64,000 nucleotides of DNA, from the NCBI GenBank assembly GCA_031372705.1, contig JANMLV010000034.1, forward strand, positions 16,948 to 80,947, given 5' to 3'. The notes below the pieces were generated by a model that saw only the letters and a list, made by a program, of their open reading frames with translations, was not told where the DNA came from and did no database searches. A program made the position numbers and the translations under genes. Positions 40,443 to 50,509 of the stretch are shown piece after piece (position 1 is the first letter of the stretch; every line of letters starts with the position of its first letter). The stretch comes from Bacteroidota bacterium (GTDB lineage Bacteria; Bacteroidota; Bacteroidia; Chitinophagales; BACL12).

Positions 40443-40772
40443 GAGCAGATTATCTATTTAGGGTAACCCCAATTAAATCAATAGCAACGCCTGTAATAAA
40501 GGCTAAAAGTGGCATTCGTAACCCTGAATAAGAAAATCAGCACAGATGGATATATCCTAAGTGTTTTGAGCAGATTTTCTATTCAGGGTAACCCCAATTA
40601 AATCAATAGTTAAGCCTATAGTAGAGACTAAAAGTGGCATTCGTGACCCTGAATAAGAAAATCAGCAGAAGAAGATATATCCCAAGAATTTTGAGCAGAT
40701 TTTCTATTCAGGGTAACCCCAATTAAATCAATGGTGCAGTCGTGGACTCCTTTCTATTGATTAAATTGGGGT
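40443..40772. repeat. intergenic array of hairpin-forming repeats, 125-bp period
   Basis: Block A (40 bp) occurs at 40443, 40568 and 40693. Block B (38 bp) occurs at 40505 and 40629. A and B share a 20-bp inverted repeat. There is a terminal 17-bp imperfect hairpin (40716-40732 pairing with 40756-40772). Confidence 0.9.
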
Positions 40773-40821
40773 AAACCCATAACTTTATCTTAAATTTACC
40801 CGTTCAACCTATTCAAATATT

Positions 40822-42846
40822 ATGCTGAGGAATATCACTATTTGTTTTGTGTTTGCATTGCTGGCTTTTTCTGCCGGCGCACAGGAATCACTTTTGTGGA
40901 AAGTTGTTAGTCCGGACGGCAAATTCACATCATTTGTTTTGGCATCAACCGAGCTGCCGGGGATAGAAAATTATGATATTGCAACAGGAGCATCGCAAGT
41001 CATGAATAATGTGAATACTGTTGCATTTTTTAATGTTCCGGATCCAACAGAAATTCAAAACATTCCGGTATTTATGAAAAATTCCGGCGATAATACATTA
41101 AAAGGTTATTACAAAAGAGAAGATAGAATTCGTTTTGAATTAATGGTAACTGAAAAGTTAAACGCAAGTGTAGAAAATTATTACACATTTAAACCGTTAT
41201 ATCTTTTGCAATTATTAAAAGAAAAAGATCACGGCGCGGGTGTCGATTTTCAGCAAACTATTTTACAAGACATTGCTTTGCAACAAACTAAACCAACGTT
41301 GAGCATGTTAACTATTCGTCAAATTGCCGGCGTAATGGATGAAATGGATTTTAATACGCAAGCAACTGTTTTAAGTAGTTATATAAATGGAATTCAAACA
41401 TATATAGATGCAGATGCGGAAAAATTTAATGCATATGTGCAACAATCAACTTCCGAATATGCCAAAGTAGTTAATTCGGCGGAGCAGTCCGCATACATTT
41501 ATATTATGATTAATAACGTGAATGAATTGTTGTTAAAAAAAGTAGATGCACTTAGCACACAGCAATCTGTTTTATATATTTTAGATGCAGATTTGGTTGC
41601 AGGTGAAGCAGGCTTATTGAAAAAATTAAAAAACAAAGGCTATGCAGTGTCTCCCGAACCATTTAACTTAAAATTATATAGTGGTGATAATAAACCAACA
41701 ATTGGTAATAATAATAGTAACACTGCAAATATTTCTAACACCATACCGGATGATTTTCCTGAACTTTATGTAATGCCAACCATGAGTGGCTATTTAGATC
41801 CGGAGAGTATTAAGGTTGTAAATATAAAAGCAACAGGCGGTATTGAAACTAATTATAAAGCATACGAAGATTCGTTTGGTGATTTTTTTGATATGGCAGC
41901 TGCAGATACTTTATTTTTAGAAGGCTGGTATGATTTAAAAGGAACAGATGCCAATTTTAAAGTTAAAGTCCCATTAAAAAGTGAGTGGATTAAAACAGAA
42001 ACACCTTGGAGTGATGGCGGTGTAATTAAAACATTTAATTATTCGAATAATCACGCAAAATCAGATTTATTTTATTCGGTTGGCTATACTGTTTATCCGC
42101 CTACCTTTTCACAAAAAAACAAAAACGATTTTTTCGAGCAGTTTATAAAAAGTACGCAAGATCAAATAAGCGGAAAAATTATTGCACAGCGTATCATTTC
42201 CAACCCAAGCTTTACAGGGCGAGAGTTTACAGCCGTTGTGGGGGATTCGTTTTTTGTGCGTTCACAGTTCCTGTTACAAGATAATGTGTTGTATCAATTG
42301 TTAGCAGGCGGACCGGGAAACAACCCGTTTGAAGTTTATGCAGAAGCGTTTTTAAATTCGTTTTCTACTGCATCAAATGTTTTGGTTAACTGGCATTTTT
42401 TCGAGCAACCATCATTCAATTGTTATTTGCCTACTCCGCCATCAAAACAAAATAAAACTTATACATTGCCTTCCGGCCCTTTAACTGTTCAAACATTTAC
42501 TGCAAGTGATTATAAAGAGTTAATTGATTATTCGTTAATAGTTAGCACTTATCCTCCGGGGCATAAATTTGGTAATAAGAATGCATTTTTTGAGGACTTA
42601 ATTGCAAGTGCCGAAAAGCAATATATAGGAAAAGCTTATAAAATTGAGAAAGTAGAAAACAATAAGGTTGAAGGCCGATATATTGAAATGCTTTTGATGA
42701 ATAAAAAAACATATCGCATTTATATTTATTTTGACGGCAATAGTGTTTATCAATTTGTAGCCGGCGGCGATGCACAGGTATTGGTATCGAATAACGTAAA
42801 TCGATTTATTCAATCTATACATTTCTTAAACGCAGAAGAAGATTAA
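40822..42846 (+). CDS. secreted protein with TraB/GumN-like N-domain and duplicated C-terminal domain
   Basis: Signal peptide. The LLWKVVSPDGKFTSFVLAS start resembles the GumN family. Two C-terminal domains of about 130 aa each end in VLYQLLAGG and VYQFVAGG. Confidence 0.5.
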   Translation: MLRNITICFVFALLAFSAGAQESLLWKVVSPDGKFTSFVLASTELPGIENYDIATGASQVMNNVNTVAFFNVPDPTEIQNIPVFMKNSGDNTLKGYYKREDRIRFELMVTEKLNASVENYYTFKPLYLLQLLKEKDHGAGVDFQQTILQDIALQQTKPTLSMLTIRQIAGVMDEMDFNTQATVLSSYINGIQTYIDADAEKFNAYVQQSTSEYAKVVNSAEQSAYIYIMINNVNELLLKKVDALSTQQSVLYILDADLVAGEAGLLKKLKNKGYAVSPEPFNLKLYSGDNKPTIGNNNSNTANISNTIPDDFPELYVMPTMSGYLDPESIKVVNIKATGGIETNYKAYEDSFGDFFDMAAADTLFLEGWYDLKGTDANFKVKVPLKSEWIKTETPWSDGGVIKTFNYSNNHAKSDLFYSVGYTVYPPTFSQKNKNDFFEQFIKSTQDQISGKIIAQRIISNPSFTGREFTAVVGDSFFVRSQFLLQDNVLYQLLAGGPGNNPFEVYAEAFLNSFSTASNVLVNWHFFEQPSFNCYLPTPPSKQNKTYTLPSGPLTVQTFTASDYKELIDYSLIVSTYPPGHKFGNKNAFFEDLIASAEKQYIGKAYKIEKVENNKVEGRYIEMLLMNKKTYRIYIYFDGNSVYQFVAGGDAQVLVSNNVNRFIQSIHFLNAEED

Positions 42847-42851
42847 ATAAT

Positions 42852-43580
42852 TTATAATTTAACGAAGCCTGTGCCATCAAAAATAGGCACAACATCAAAC
42901 TGCGGATTACTCATGCAGAATTTAATGTCGTTTTCAATTCCTAAACGTTGTAATCTTTTAAAGTGAGTAGCTTGCTTTACAGTGCGCAACATATTTTCGC
43001 GAACGTAGCGATATAATAATTTGGCACTTAGCGTTGAGTCGTCAATTATTCTAAATTCATCCGACAATTCCCGAACAATTGCACCTGCAAAAAGTGCATC
43101 ATCCATTACGTAGTGATCTTTCCATCCTGCACAAAATAAAATTGTATTTCTATTTTCTTTTCTAATCCAATCAAAAATTGCATCTTGATTAACAAAGCTG
43201 CCGGCAACAATATTTCTGGCGCTTTTACTCATTAAAACGCATCGAGTGCCGTTGGTTGTGGTATGAATTATTTCTTTACCCCTAACTTCTTCACTCATAA
43301 ATTCATATGGCGAATTACCAAAATGAAAATGAGGTATTTTAATTCCGTCGCGTTCGCCGGCAACCAAATAACCTTTTTCGAGCCATGTATTTGCTTCTTC
43401 AATAGTTTCTACAGGAATCATTTTCTTTACACCATGGTGCAAAGCGGAGGCAATTGTTGATGTAGCACGAATGATATCTATCACTACAACATTTTTATCT
43501 TTGGCATCATGTTGATTCCAAAGTGCGGGTGTGAGGCAAACCTCTAAAATTGGTCTTTTATCGTCTTGTGTGTTGGTCAT
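42852..43580 (-). CDS. comB: 2-phosphosulfolactate phosphatase family protein
   Basis: VVVIDIIRATSTI, GERDG, FGNSP, TTTNGT and FCAGW...DDALFAG motifs of the ComB family. Confidence 0.8.
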   Translation of the reverse strand: MTNTQDDKRPILEVCLTPALWNQHDAKDKNVVVIDIIRATSTIASALHHGVKKMIPVETIEEANTWLEKGYLVAGERDGIKIPHFHFGNSPYEFMSEEVRGKEIIHTTTNGTRCVLMSKSARNIVAGSFVNQDAIFDWIRKENRNTILFCAGWKDHYVMDDALFAGAIVRELSDEFRIIDDSTLSAKLLYRYVRENMLRTVKQATHFKRLQRLGIENDIKFCMSNPQFDVVPIFDGTGFVKL

Positions 43581-43613
43581 AATGAAAGCTTTAACATTGT
43601 AGGTAAGGTTCAG

Positions 43614-44705
43614 TTATTTGTTCCAGAACGGTATCTTAACCACTTTGGCTTTCACGGGTTTTTGGCGAATATCTATAAAAATTTCGGAATCAACAGCAGC
43701 ATTTGCATTTGTTATGTAGCCAAGGCCAATTGCTTTGTTTAAACTTGGGCTTTGTGTACCCGAGGTCACTTTTCCGATAACGGCCCCCGATGCATCTAAA
43801 ATTGGATAATCGTGACGCGGAATACCACGGTCAATCATTTCAAATCCAACCAATTTGCGCGTTAATCCGGCTTCTTTACCGGCAACTATTTTGTCTTTTC
43901 CTATAAACTCATTGTTCGTAGCTTTAAGTTTGGTAATCCAACCTAAGCCGGCCTCAAGTGGAGATGTAGTATCATCTATATCATTTCCATATAAACAAAA
44001 GCCCATTTCTAAACGCAAAGTATCGCGTGCGGCAAGTCCAATTGGTTTTATACCATACGCTGCTCCTGCTTCAAATACTTTATGCCAAATAGTAAGTGCG
44101 TGTTCTTTTGGGAAATATATTTCAAATCCACCGGCACCGGTATATCCTGTTGCTGAAATAATAACATTGCCAACGCCCGCAAATGTATGTTTTGCAAAAG
44201 TATAGTAGGCAATTGCGCTCAAATCAATATCTGTAAGATTTTGGAGGGCCTCCATCGCTTTAGGTCCTTGAACGGCCAACAGGCAAGTGTTGTCGGAAAT
44301 ATTGTGCATTTCTACATTTTCAGTATTATGTTTAACAATATGATTCCAATCTTTATCAATATTTCCGGCATTTACCACCAACATATAATTGCCATCCTCG
44401 AGGTGATAAACCAATAAATCGTCAACAATTCCGCCATTTTCATTTGGCATACAACTGTATTGAGCCTTTCCGGAAGTTAGAGCATAAACATCATTAGTTG
44501 TTACTTTTTGAATTAAAGCAGCGGCATTAGGGCCTTTCAGAATAAACTCGCCCATGTGGCTAACATCAAATACGCCAACACCATTTCTTACATTATGGTG
44601 TTCCTCAACTTGACCCGAGTAAACTATAGGCATTTCATAACCGGCAAATTCGGCCATTTTGGCTCCTAAATCCTTATGTAATTGTGTTAACGCTGTTTGT
44701 TTCAT
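43614..44705 (-). CDS. gcvT: glycine cleavage system aminomethyltransferase T
   Basis: [21 protein letters not shown]...[11 protein letters not shown] and a full-length GcvT layout, 363 aa. Confidence 0.92.
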   Translation of the reverse strand: MKQTALTQLHKDLGAKMAEFAGYEMPIVYSGQVEEHHNVRNGVGVFDVSHMGEFILKGPNAAALIQKVTTNDVYALTSGKAQYSCMPNENGGIVDDLLVYHLEDGNYMLVVNAGNIDKDWNHIVKHNTENVEMHNISDNTCLLAVQGPKAMEALQNLTDIDLSAIAYYTFAKHTFAGVGNVIISATGYTGAGGFEIYFPKEHALTIWHKVFEAGAAYGIKPIGLAARDTLRLEMGFCLYGNDIDDTTSPLEAGLGWITKLKATNNEFIGKDKIVAGKEAGLTRKLVGFEMIDRGIPRHDYPILDASGAVIGKVTSGTQSPSLNKAIGLGYITNANAAVDSEIFIDIRQKPVKAKVVKIPFWNK

Positions 44706-44857
44706 ATGCTGTCTTTTAAATTATTTGCCCAAATTGGTATTAAGCAGGCGCAAAGATAAGGCTTTCAACCAATTGGGGGCGGCTTTTTAGGTTTTTCATA
44801 AACAGCAAACTCGATACAATTTTTGAAGTGGTTTACCTAGTGTCTATTTTTACCGAT

Positions 44858-44865
44858 TACCTTTG
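44858..44865 (+). promoter_or_regulatory. putative -7 promoter box abutting lpxD start
   Basis: TACCTTTG matches TAnnTTTG only 5 nt before ATG 44870. This implies a very short or absent leader. Confidence 0.35.
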
Positions 44866-44869
44866 CAAC

Positions 44870-45817
44870 ATGAAATTGAAGAATCCTATTTCGTTAAAAG
44901 ATTGCGCAGCATTTGTTGGTGGAACATTTGCAGGTGATGGCGAAGCTCAGATTACAGGAATTAATGAAATTCATAAAGTGACTGCAGGCGATATTACTTT
45001 TGTAGATTTTCATAAATATTACGACAAAGCGTTGAAATCTGCAGCAACATTCGTAATTATTAATAAAGAAGTATCCTGCCCCGAAGGCAAAGGTTTAATA
45101 TTTAGTGATGATCCATTTCGCGATTATGTGAAACTAGTAAAACACTTTGCACCATTTACACCTTCATTAAAAAACATTGCTGATAGTGCAGTAGTTGGCG
45201 AAGGAACAGTAATTTTTCCGGGTGTGTATTTAGGTAATAATGTTATAGTAGGTAAAAATTGTATTATTCATCCTAATGTAGTTATTTACGACAATGCAAT
45301 TATAGGCGACACTGTTATTATTCATGCAAATTCGGTATTGGGCGCAGATGCATTTTATTTTAAAAAGCGAGTTGCACATTTCGATAAAATGGAAAGTTGC
45401 GGTCGCGTAATTATTCACGACGGCGTAGAAATTGGTGCATGTTGCACAATAGATAAAGGTGTAAGTGGCGATACCATAATTGGCGAACAAACTAAATTGG
45501 ATAATCATATTCATATAGGACACGGTGTAGAAATTGGTAAAATGTGTTTATTTGCCGGTCAGGTTGGCATTGGTGGTAAAACAATTATTGGCGACCATGT
45601 AATTGCATGGGGTCAAGTTGGTATTTCAAAAACATTGCATATTGGCAACAACGTTACCATACTGGCTCAAAGCGGTGTGGGAAAAGACCTGGAAGATGGA
45701 AAAACATATTTTGGTTCACCTGCAAGTGAGGCCCGACAAAAAATGAAACAAATGGCAGCAGCCAATAATATGTTGGAAATTTGGGAAACAATGCGCAAAA
45801 AAAACGGGGAAAATTAA
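44870..45817 (+). CDS. lpxD: UDP-3-O-acylglucosamine N-acyltransferase
   Basis: N-terminal MKLKNPISLKDCAAFVGG followed by a long left-handed beta-helix of hexapeptide repeats. ATG at 44870; the track start at 44828 is GTG. Confidence 0.85.
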   Translation: MKLKNPISLKDCAAFVGGTFAGDGEAQITGINEIHKVTAGDITFVDFHKYYDKALKSAATFVIINKEVSCPEGKGLIFSDDPFRDYVKLVKHFAPFTPSLKNIADSAVVGEGTVIFPGVYLGNNVIVGKNCIIHPNVVIYDNAIIGDTVIIHANSVLGADAFYFKKRVAHFDKMESCGRVIIHDGVEIGACCTIDKGVSGDTIIGEQTKLDNHIHIGHGVEIGKMCLFAGQVGIGGKTIIGDHVIAWGQVGISKTLHIGNNVTILAQSGVGKDLEDGKTYFGSPASEARQKMKQMAAANNMLEIWETMRKKNGEN

Positions 45818-45818
45818 C

Positions 45819-46211
45819 ATGCGAAAAAATATTTCTTCCGGAGCCAAATGGGAAGATATTGTTGGATATTCACGCGCAGTAGTTATTAATAATACTGTTG
45901 AAATTACCGGCACCGTTGCTGTTGATGAAAATAATAATTTAGTTGGTGGCAACTCTGCTTATGAACAAACTAAATTTATTATTCAAAAAATTGAAACTGT
46001 TTTAATACAATGCGGTGCTACATTAAACGATGTAGTGCGCACACGTATTTTTGTTACAGATATTTCGAGATGGGAAGAATATGGAAAAGCGCACGGCGAA
46101 TTTTTCAGGGAAATAAAACCATGCACAACAATGGTAGAAGTGAGTAAATTAATTGCGCCGGAATATTTAGTAGAAGTAGAAGCTACTGCAATTATGCACC
46201 ACGATAAATAA
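45819..46211 (+). CDS. RidA/YjgF family protein
   Basis: 130 aa with YSRAVVINNTVEITG...RTRIFVTD...VEVEATA, the typical RidA fold signature. Confidence 0.75.
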   Translation: MRKNISSGAKWEDIVGYSRAVVINNTVEITGTVAVDENNNLVGGNSAYEQTKFIIQKIETVLIQCGATLNDVVRTRIFVTDISRWEEYGKAHGEFFREIKPCTTMVEVSKLIAPEYLVEVEATAIMHHDK

Positions 46212-46216
46212 TAAGT

Positions 46217-46822
46217 TTATACTTCAAATAAATTTGCTTGATTTTCAGGTAATAATCTGAATGTAATACGATGGTAGTTGGTAATTCCATGCGTTGCAAT
46301 TGCCCTTCTGTGTTCCTTTGTAGGATATCCTTTGTTTTGATTCCAACTGTATTCAGGGTGTTCGGCATGTAATTGTTGCATAATGGCATCGCGATGTGTT
46401 TTGGCTAATACCGAAGCTGCAGCAATACTCATAAATTTTGCATCACCTTTAATAATACATTGATGCGGAATGCGCGGATATTTATAAAAGCGATTCCCAT
46501 CTATTAACAATAATCCGGGTTTCTTTTTCATTTGATCTATTGCTTTGTGCATAGATTTAAAACTAGCCTTTAAGATGTTTATCTTATCAATTTCATGATT
46601 ATCGCAGATGCCTATTTTCCAATCAATGGCTTCTTTTTTAATGATAGGCTCCAGCAATTCGCGTTCTTTTTCAGTTAATTGTTTTGAGTCATTAAGCAAA
46701 GGGTGGAAAAAATCTTTGGGCAGAATTACAGCAGACGCAACAACCGGTCCTGCAAGACAACCCCTTCCGGCTTCGTCGCAGCCGGCTTCGATTAAATCTT
46801 CTTGAAAAAAGGGTTGTAACAT
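46217..46822 (-). CDS. rnhB: ribonuclease HII
   Basis: GCDEAGRGCLAGPVV catalytic DEAGRG motif and SIAAASVLAK. ATG at 46822; the track start is TTG. Confidence 0.9.
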   Translation of the reverse strand: MLQPFFQEDLIEAGCDEAGRGCLAGPVVASAVILPKDFFHPLLNDSKQLTEKERELLEPIIKKEAIDWKIGICDNHEIDKINILKASFKSMHKAIDQMKKKPGLLLIDGNRFYKYPRIPHQCIIKGDAKFMSIAAASVLAKTHRDAIMQQLHAEHPEYSWNQNKGYPTKEHRRAIATHGITNYHRITFRLLPENQANLFEV

Positions 46823-47118
46823 ATCATACAAATATAGAAATTTATGCAAATCCCCGAAAGTCAAATATTTGTGTGAAAATAATGTTGCTCTTCGCTTTAA
46901 TCCTTGTGAGTCACTTGCTTAAATATTAACCAAATATTATTTTACTGCAATTGAGCATTAACAAAATCATACAGGTTAATTAAGTCAAAGCTAAAATTAA
47001 GGTATACTACTTGTAACATTTTGCAATAGTTGCCCGTTTAGCATTTGATTGATTCAATTTGGCATATTGATTGTCAGTACTACTTAATTGTTTACTTTTA
47101 CACTAAACTGAAAATACA

Positions 47119-48009
47119 TTGGAAACGATACTATCAACTACAGCATTAAAAAAGCAATACGGTCCCATAAAAGCCGTTAACGGACTCGACCTCCGTGTAG
47201 AAAAGGGAGCGGTTTATGGCATTTTGGGTCCGAACGGAAGTGGTAAAACCACTACATTAGGCATGCTTTTAGGCATTACCCATCCAACATCGGGCGCTTA
47301 CTCCTGGTTTAACAATGGTGCACATGATATTAATCGCAAGCGCATTGGTGCTTTGTTGGAGCAACCTAACTTTTACCCCTATTTAAGTGGAGAACAAAAT
47401 TTAAAAGTTGTTGCCAAGATAAAGGGTGTCGATGAAAAAACTATCGATGCCGTTTTAGAATCGGTTAATTTGTTGGATCGCAAGAAAAGTCAAGCACGCA
47501 CTTACTCGTTAGGCATGCGCCAACGCCTTGCCTTGGCAAGCGCCTTGCTTGGCAACCCGGATGTATTGGTGTTAGACGAGCCAACAAATGGCTTGGATCC
47601 ACAAGGAATTGCCGAAGTGCGCGAATTCATTACCCGACAGTCGGCAAGCGGAAGAACAATTATTTTAGCTAGTCATATTTTAGATGAAGTTGAAAAGGTT
47701 TGTACACACGTTAGTGTAATTAAAAAGGGAACCTTGCTTGCAGAAGGAAGTGTTGCCGATTTAATTAAAGGTGAAACACAAATTGAAATAGCTGCCGATA
47801 ATAACGAAATAGTATTACAGGCCTTGCAATCCTTTACAGGAATTCGCAAAGCAAGTGCTGAAAATAATATTATTGTTTTAAATGTTGATGACATGTTTGA
47901 TGCTGCTGCATTAAATAAATATTTAAGCGATAAGCAAATTTATTTGCAACACCTAAATACACGCAAAAAACGCCTTGAAGAACAATTTTTAGAATTAACT
48001 GCCGAATAA
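47119..48009 (+). CDS. ABC transporter ATP-binding protein (ABC-2 type exporter)
   Basis: Walker A GPNGSGKTT, signature YSLGMRQR and Walker B VLVLDEPTNGLD. Apparent TTG start. Confidence 0.85.
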   Translation: METILSTTALKKQYGPIKAVNGLDLRVEKGAVYGILGPNGSGKTTTLGMLLGITHPTSGAYSWFNNGAHDINRKRIGALLEQPNFYPYLSGEQNLKVVAKIKGVDEKTIDAVLESVNLLDRKKSQARTYSLGMRQRLALASALLGNPDVLVLDEPTNGLDPQGIAEVREFITRQSASGRTIILASHILDEVEKVCTHVSVIKKGTLLAEGSVADLIKGETQIEIAADNNEIVLQALQSFTGIRKASAENNIIVLNVDDMFDAAALNKYLSDKQIYLQHLNTRKKRLEEQFLELTAE

Positions 48010-48015
48010 CCCTAT

Positions 48016-48801
48016 ATGATACGTTTGCTCAAAATTGAATTACTTAAATTAGTGCCTTACCGCACATTTAAAATATTATTTGCAATTTATATTTTACTCA
48101 TGACCCTTGCCTTGTTGGTTGGTAAAAATCTTGCAGGCGGTGGCGAAGAGGGATTAACATCTGCAAATGTTTTAGGCTTTCCGAACATTTGGAATTACTA
48201 TACTTTGTATGCCTGTTATTTTAATATCATTCTTGCAATTTTGGTAATATTTGTTACATGTAACGAATTTACTTATCGCACGTTGCGACAAAATATAATT
48301 GATGGATTAACAAGGCAGGAAACGGTTATTGCTAAAATAACGTTGATTGTTTTGTTAAGTATAATTTCAACATTTATATTAATGCTTAGCGGTTTAATTG
48401 CGGGAAATATTTATTCATTACCCGAAGATAAAGACCAAATGTTTGCGCATTCAGGATACATATTTGCTTATTTTATTCAATCACTTGGAATGATGTCGAT
48501 GGGATATTTTTTCGGCACCCTATTTAAAAGAACAGGTTTGGCCGTAATTATTTTTCTTATCTTTTTATTTCCAATAGATGTAATATTAAGAGAAGGAATT
48601 TTCCCTGACGGATTTGGCGATTATATGCCGGTTGCCACCTACTTTTTAAAGATGGTACCGTTTCCGGTAGATCACTTAATGAGTGGCGGATTAGAATCAA
48701 CGTCTTCAGCCCCAACAGCGCTATCATTAGTTGTAGGTGCCGTTTATGCAGTTGTCTTTTGTCTATTGGGATGGCTTATTACTAAGAAACGCGATTTGTA
48801 A
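48016..48801 (+). CDS. ABC-2 type transporter permease
   Basis: Six hydrophobic segments, immediately downstream of the ATPase. Confidence 0.7.
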   Translation: MIRLLKIELLKLVPYRTFKILFAIYILLMTLALLVGKNLAGGGEEGLTSANVLGFPNIWNYYTLYACYFNIILAILVIFVTCNEFTYRTLRQNIIDGLTRQETVIAKITLIVLLSIISTFILMLSGLIAGNIYSLPEDKDQMFAHSGYIFAYFIQSLGMMSMGYFFGTLFKRTGLAVIIFLIFLFPIDVILREGIFPDGFGDYMPVATYFLKMVPFPVDHLMSGGLESTSSAPTALSLVVGAVYAVVFCLLGWLITKKRDL

Positions 48802-48895
48802 AATTATAGCTTAGCGATTAGCGAGGCATATTGCAACCCTTTAAAACGTTGAAATATGCCTTGTTTTTTTATGAAAGGTTTTATCTTGAATTTTA

Positions 48896-50350
48896 TTACC
48901 GGTTTCCCGAATCTACTAATTCCAGCGCATTCATAAGCCATTGTTTATTTGCAACCAAAGTTGTTTCCATAATGTCTACTCGTAAATGGGCGAGTTGTTT
49001 ATTCCATTTTTCTACATTGGTAACACCCTTGTCGATGCGCAGCTTATATAATTTGATAGTGTTGTTAAATAAGCTTTTGTATAGCAACCGCTGATTTTTA
49101 CTCAGTAGTTTATCGCGCAGCAAATATATTTTCACTGTATCACGCAGCGATAATATAGCATCATATTCATGGTGGTCGTAATAAATTTTTAGGAGAATGC
49201 TTTTCGCATCGAGGTAATAATTGGGATCAGTAAAATGTACTTTATTTAATAGTTGCATTGCACGATTAAAATCGTGTTTTTCATAGTAGAGCACAGCCAA
49301 ATTATATTGATAAGCGTTATCACGACCATCGTCGGCCAATTGCTCGTAGTAGTCGTGTATAAATTGTTCGGTCCATTCAAATTCTTTTAGGCGGACACCA
49401 GCGGTAACAATATTTTTATAAGTCCATTCCGAAATGTGCTGACCTTCGTGCAATAAATTTAACGGCAACATAAAACGTGAAATGGCTAACCATTCTTTCA
49501 GGAATTCATTGCGACCTTCGTTAATTCTTTTAACGCAATAATTTTGAACATAAGCAACAATGTCTTTTGCTTCTTGTTCCGGAAATTCACGAATATGGGC
49601 GAATAGTTTTTCTCGAAAGCCAATGTACCAAGCATCGTTGTGCTGGTCTTTAAGCCACAATAATATCGGGTAATAAATACTAATAGTTGGTTGTTCACCG
49701 TATTCAGCAAGATTATTTTCCAGGAAATCTATAAATCGATGAAATTTATACGCATCATATTGTAAAGCCAAAATATTTGATCTGCTAAGTAATTCGCACC
49801 AAATACGCAACTGATTGTTTAGATAATAAATGTCTAATGTTTGTTGCCCTTTAAGTAAATAACTGTTGTCGCCCTTCCTTGATCTTTGAAAATAATATTG
49901 ATCTGCCAATTGATGTAATTTAAATCCGGCAATGGCATCCTTGTTTTTTAATAATGTTTTCTGTTTAATTATTTTTCCGGCGTTATCTAGAATTGAAGTT
50001 TCCAATAGATTTTCAATCATCATAACATCCTGTTGCTCACTGTTCTCTTCAAATTTTTGCCAAGCAAGAAATTTTTCAAGCAATTGATATAAATCGCTCA
50101 ACAAATTATTGAGTTGCAGTTCGTTGTATTTTACTCCCCCGAATATTTTATTGTGCACAGCCTGCTTATCCCAGGCTTTTTCAGTTGCGTTTTCGGTCAA
50201 TTCCCCTTTGAAGTTTATTGAAATTGCCGCCATTAAAAGCGTAATTTTTCCCCTGGTATTATGGAAAGGACTGTTTACAAACAACTCAAATCGCTCCTGT
50301 TCCTTAGTAGAAAGAGCGGTGTAAATGGCTATTACTTTTGGAAACGCCAT
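48896..50350 (-). CDS. hypothetical all-alpha (TPR-like) cytoplasmic protein
   Basis: 484 aa with no signal peptide. Helical-repeat character (YYEKHDFNRAMQLLNKV, YYDHHEYDAILSL). No family recognised. Confidence 0.4.
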   Translation of the reverse strand: MAFPKVIAIYTALSTKEQERFELFVNSPFHNTRGKITLLMAAISINFKGELTENATEKAWDKQAVHNKIFGGVKYNELQLNNLLSDLYQLLEKFLAWQKFEENSEQQDVMMIENLLETSILDNAGKIIKQKTLLKNKDAIAGFKLHQLADQYYFQRSRKGDNSYLLKGQQTLDIYYLNNQLRIWCELLSRSNILALQYDAYKFHRFIDFLENNLAEYGEQPTISIYYPILLWLKDQHNDAWYIGFREKLFAHIREFPEQEAKDIVAYVQNYCVKRINEGRNEFLKEWLAISRFMLPLNLLHEGQHISEWTYKNIVTAGVRLKEFEWTEQFIHDYYEQLADDGRDNAYQYNLAVLYYEKHDFNRAMQLLNKVHFTDPNYYLDAKSILLKIYYDHHEYDAILSLRDTVKIYLLRDKLLSKNQRLLYKSLFNNTIKLYKLRIDKGVTNVEKWNKQLAHLRVDIMETTLVANKQWLMNALELVDSGNR

Positions 50351-50509
50351 CCTATAAAAGTGCCTCTTTTATAAACATAAAATATTGATAATGAATTAGT
50401 TATTAAAAGTATTATACTTCTTTCACGCTATAAAAGTAACAATTTTGTATTTCTTACCAACAAATTTATCCGTCACTTTTGCATTAATGAATTCCAAAAA
50501 GGTAACTTT

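Noticed and set aside
40443-40772. A possible CRISPR array (regularly spaced 40-bp repeats).
   Set aside because: There are only three copies. The 85-bp spacers themselves contain a second conserved block that is the inverted complement of the repeat. No cas genes are in the window. The period and structure do not fit CRISPR.
43855-44205. Long antisense ORFs inside well-supported genes: 43855-44205 in gcvT, 35613-35966 in ileS, 50587-50934 in paralog 1, 58752-59132 in the caspase gene and 22520-22828 in the T9SS gene.
   Set aside because: Each is fully contained in a gene with strong motif support on the opposite strand and has no recognisable motifs of its own. They are typical shadow ORFs.
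48831-49094. An 87-aa plus-strand ORF downstream of the ABC permease.
   Set aside because: It overlaps the 3' end of the well-formed 484-aa minus-strand ORF. It has a TTG-type start and no motif support.
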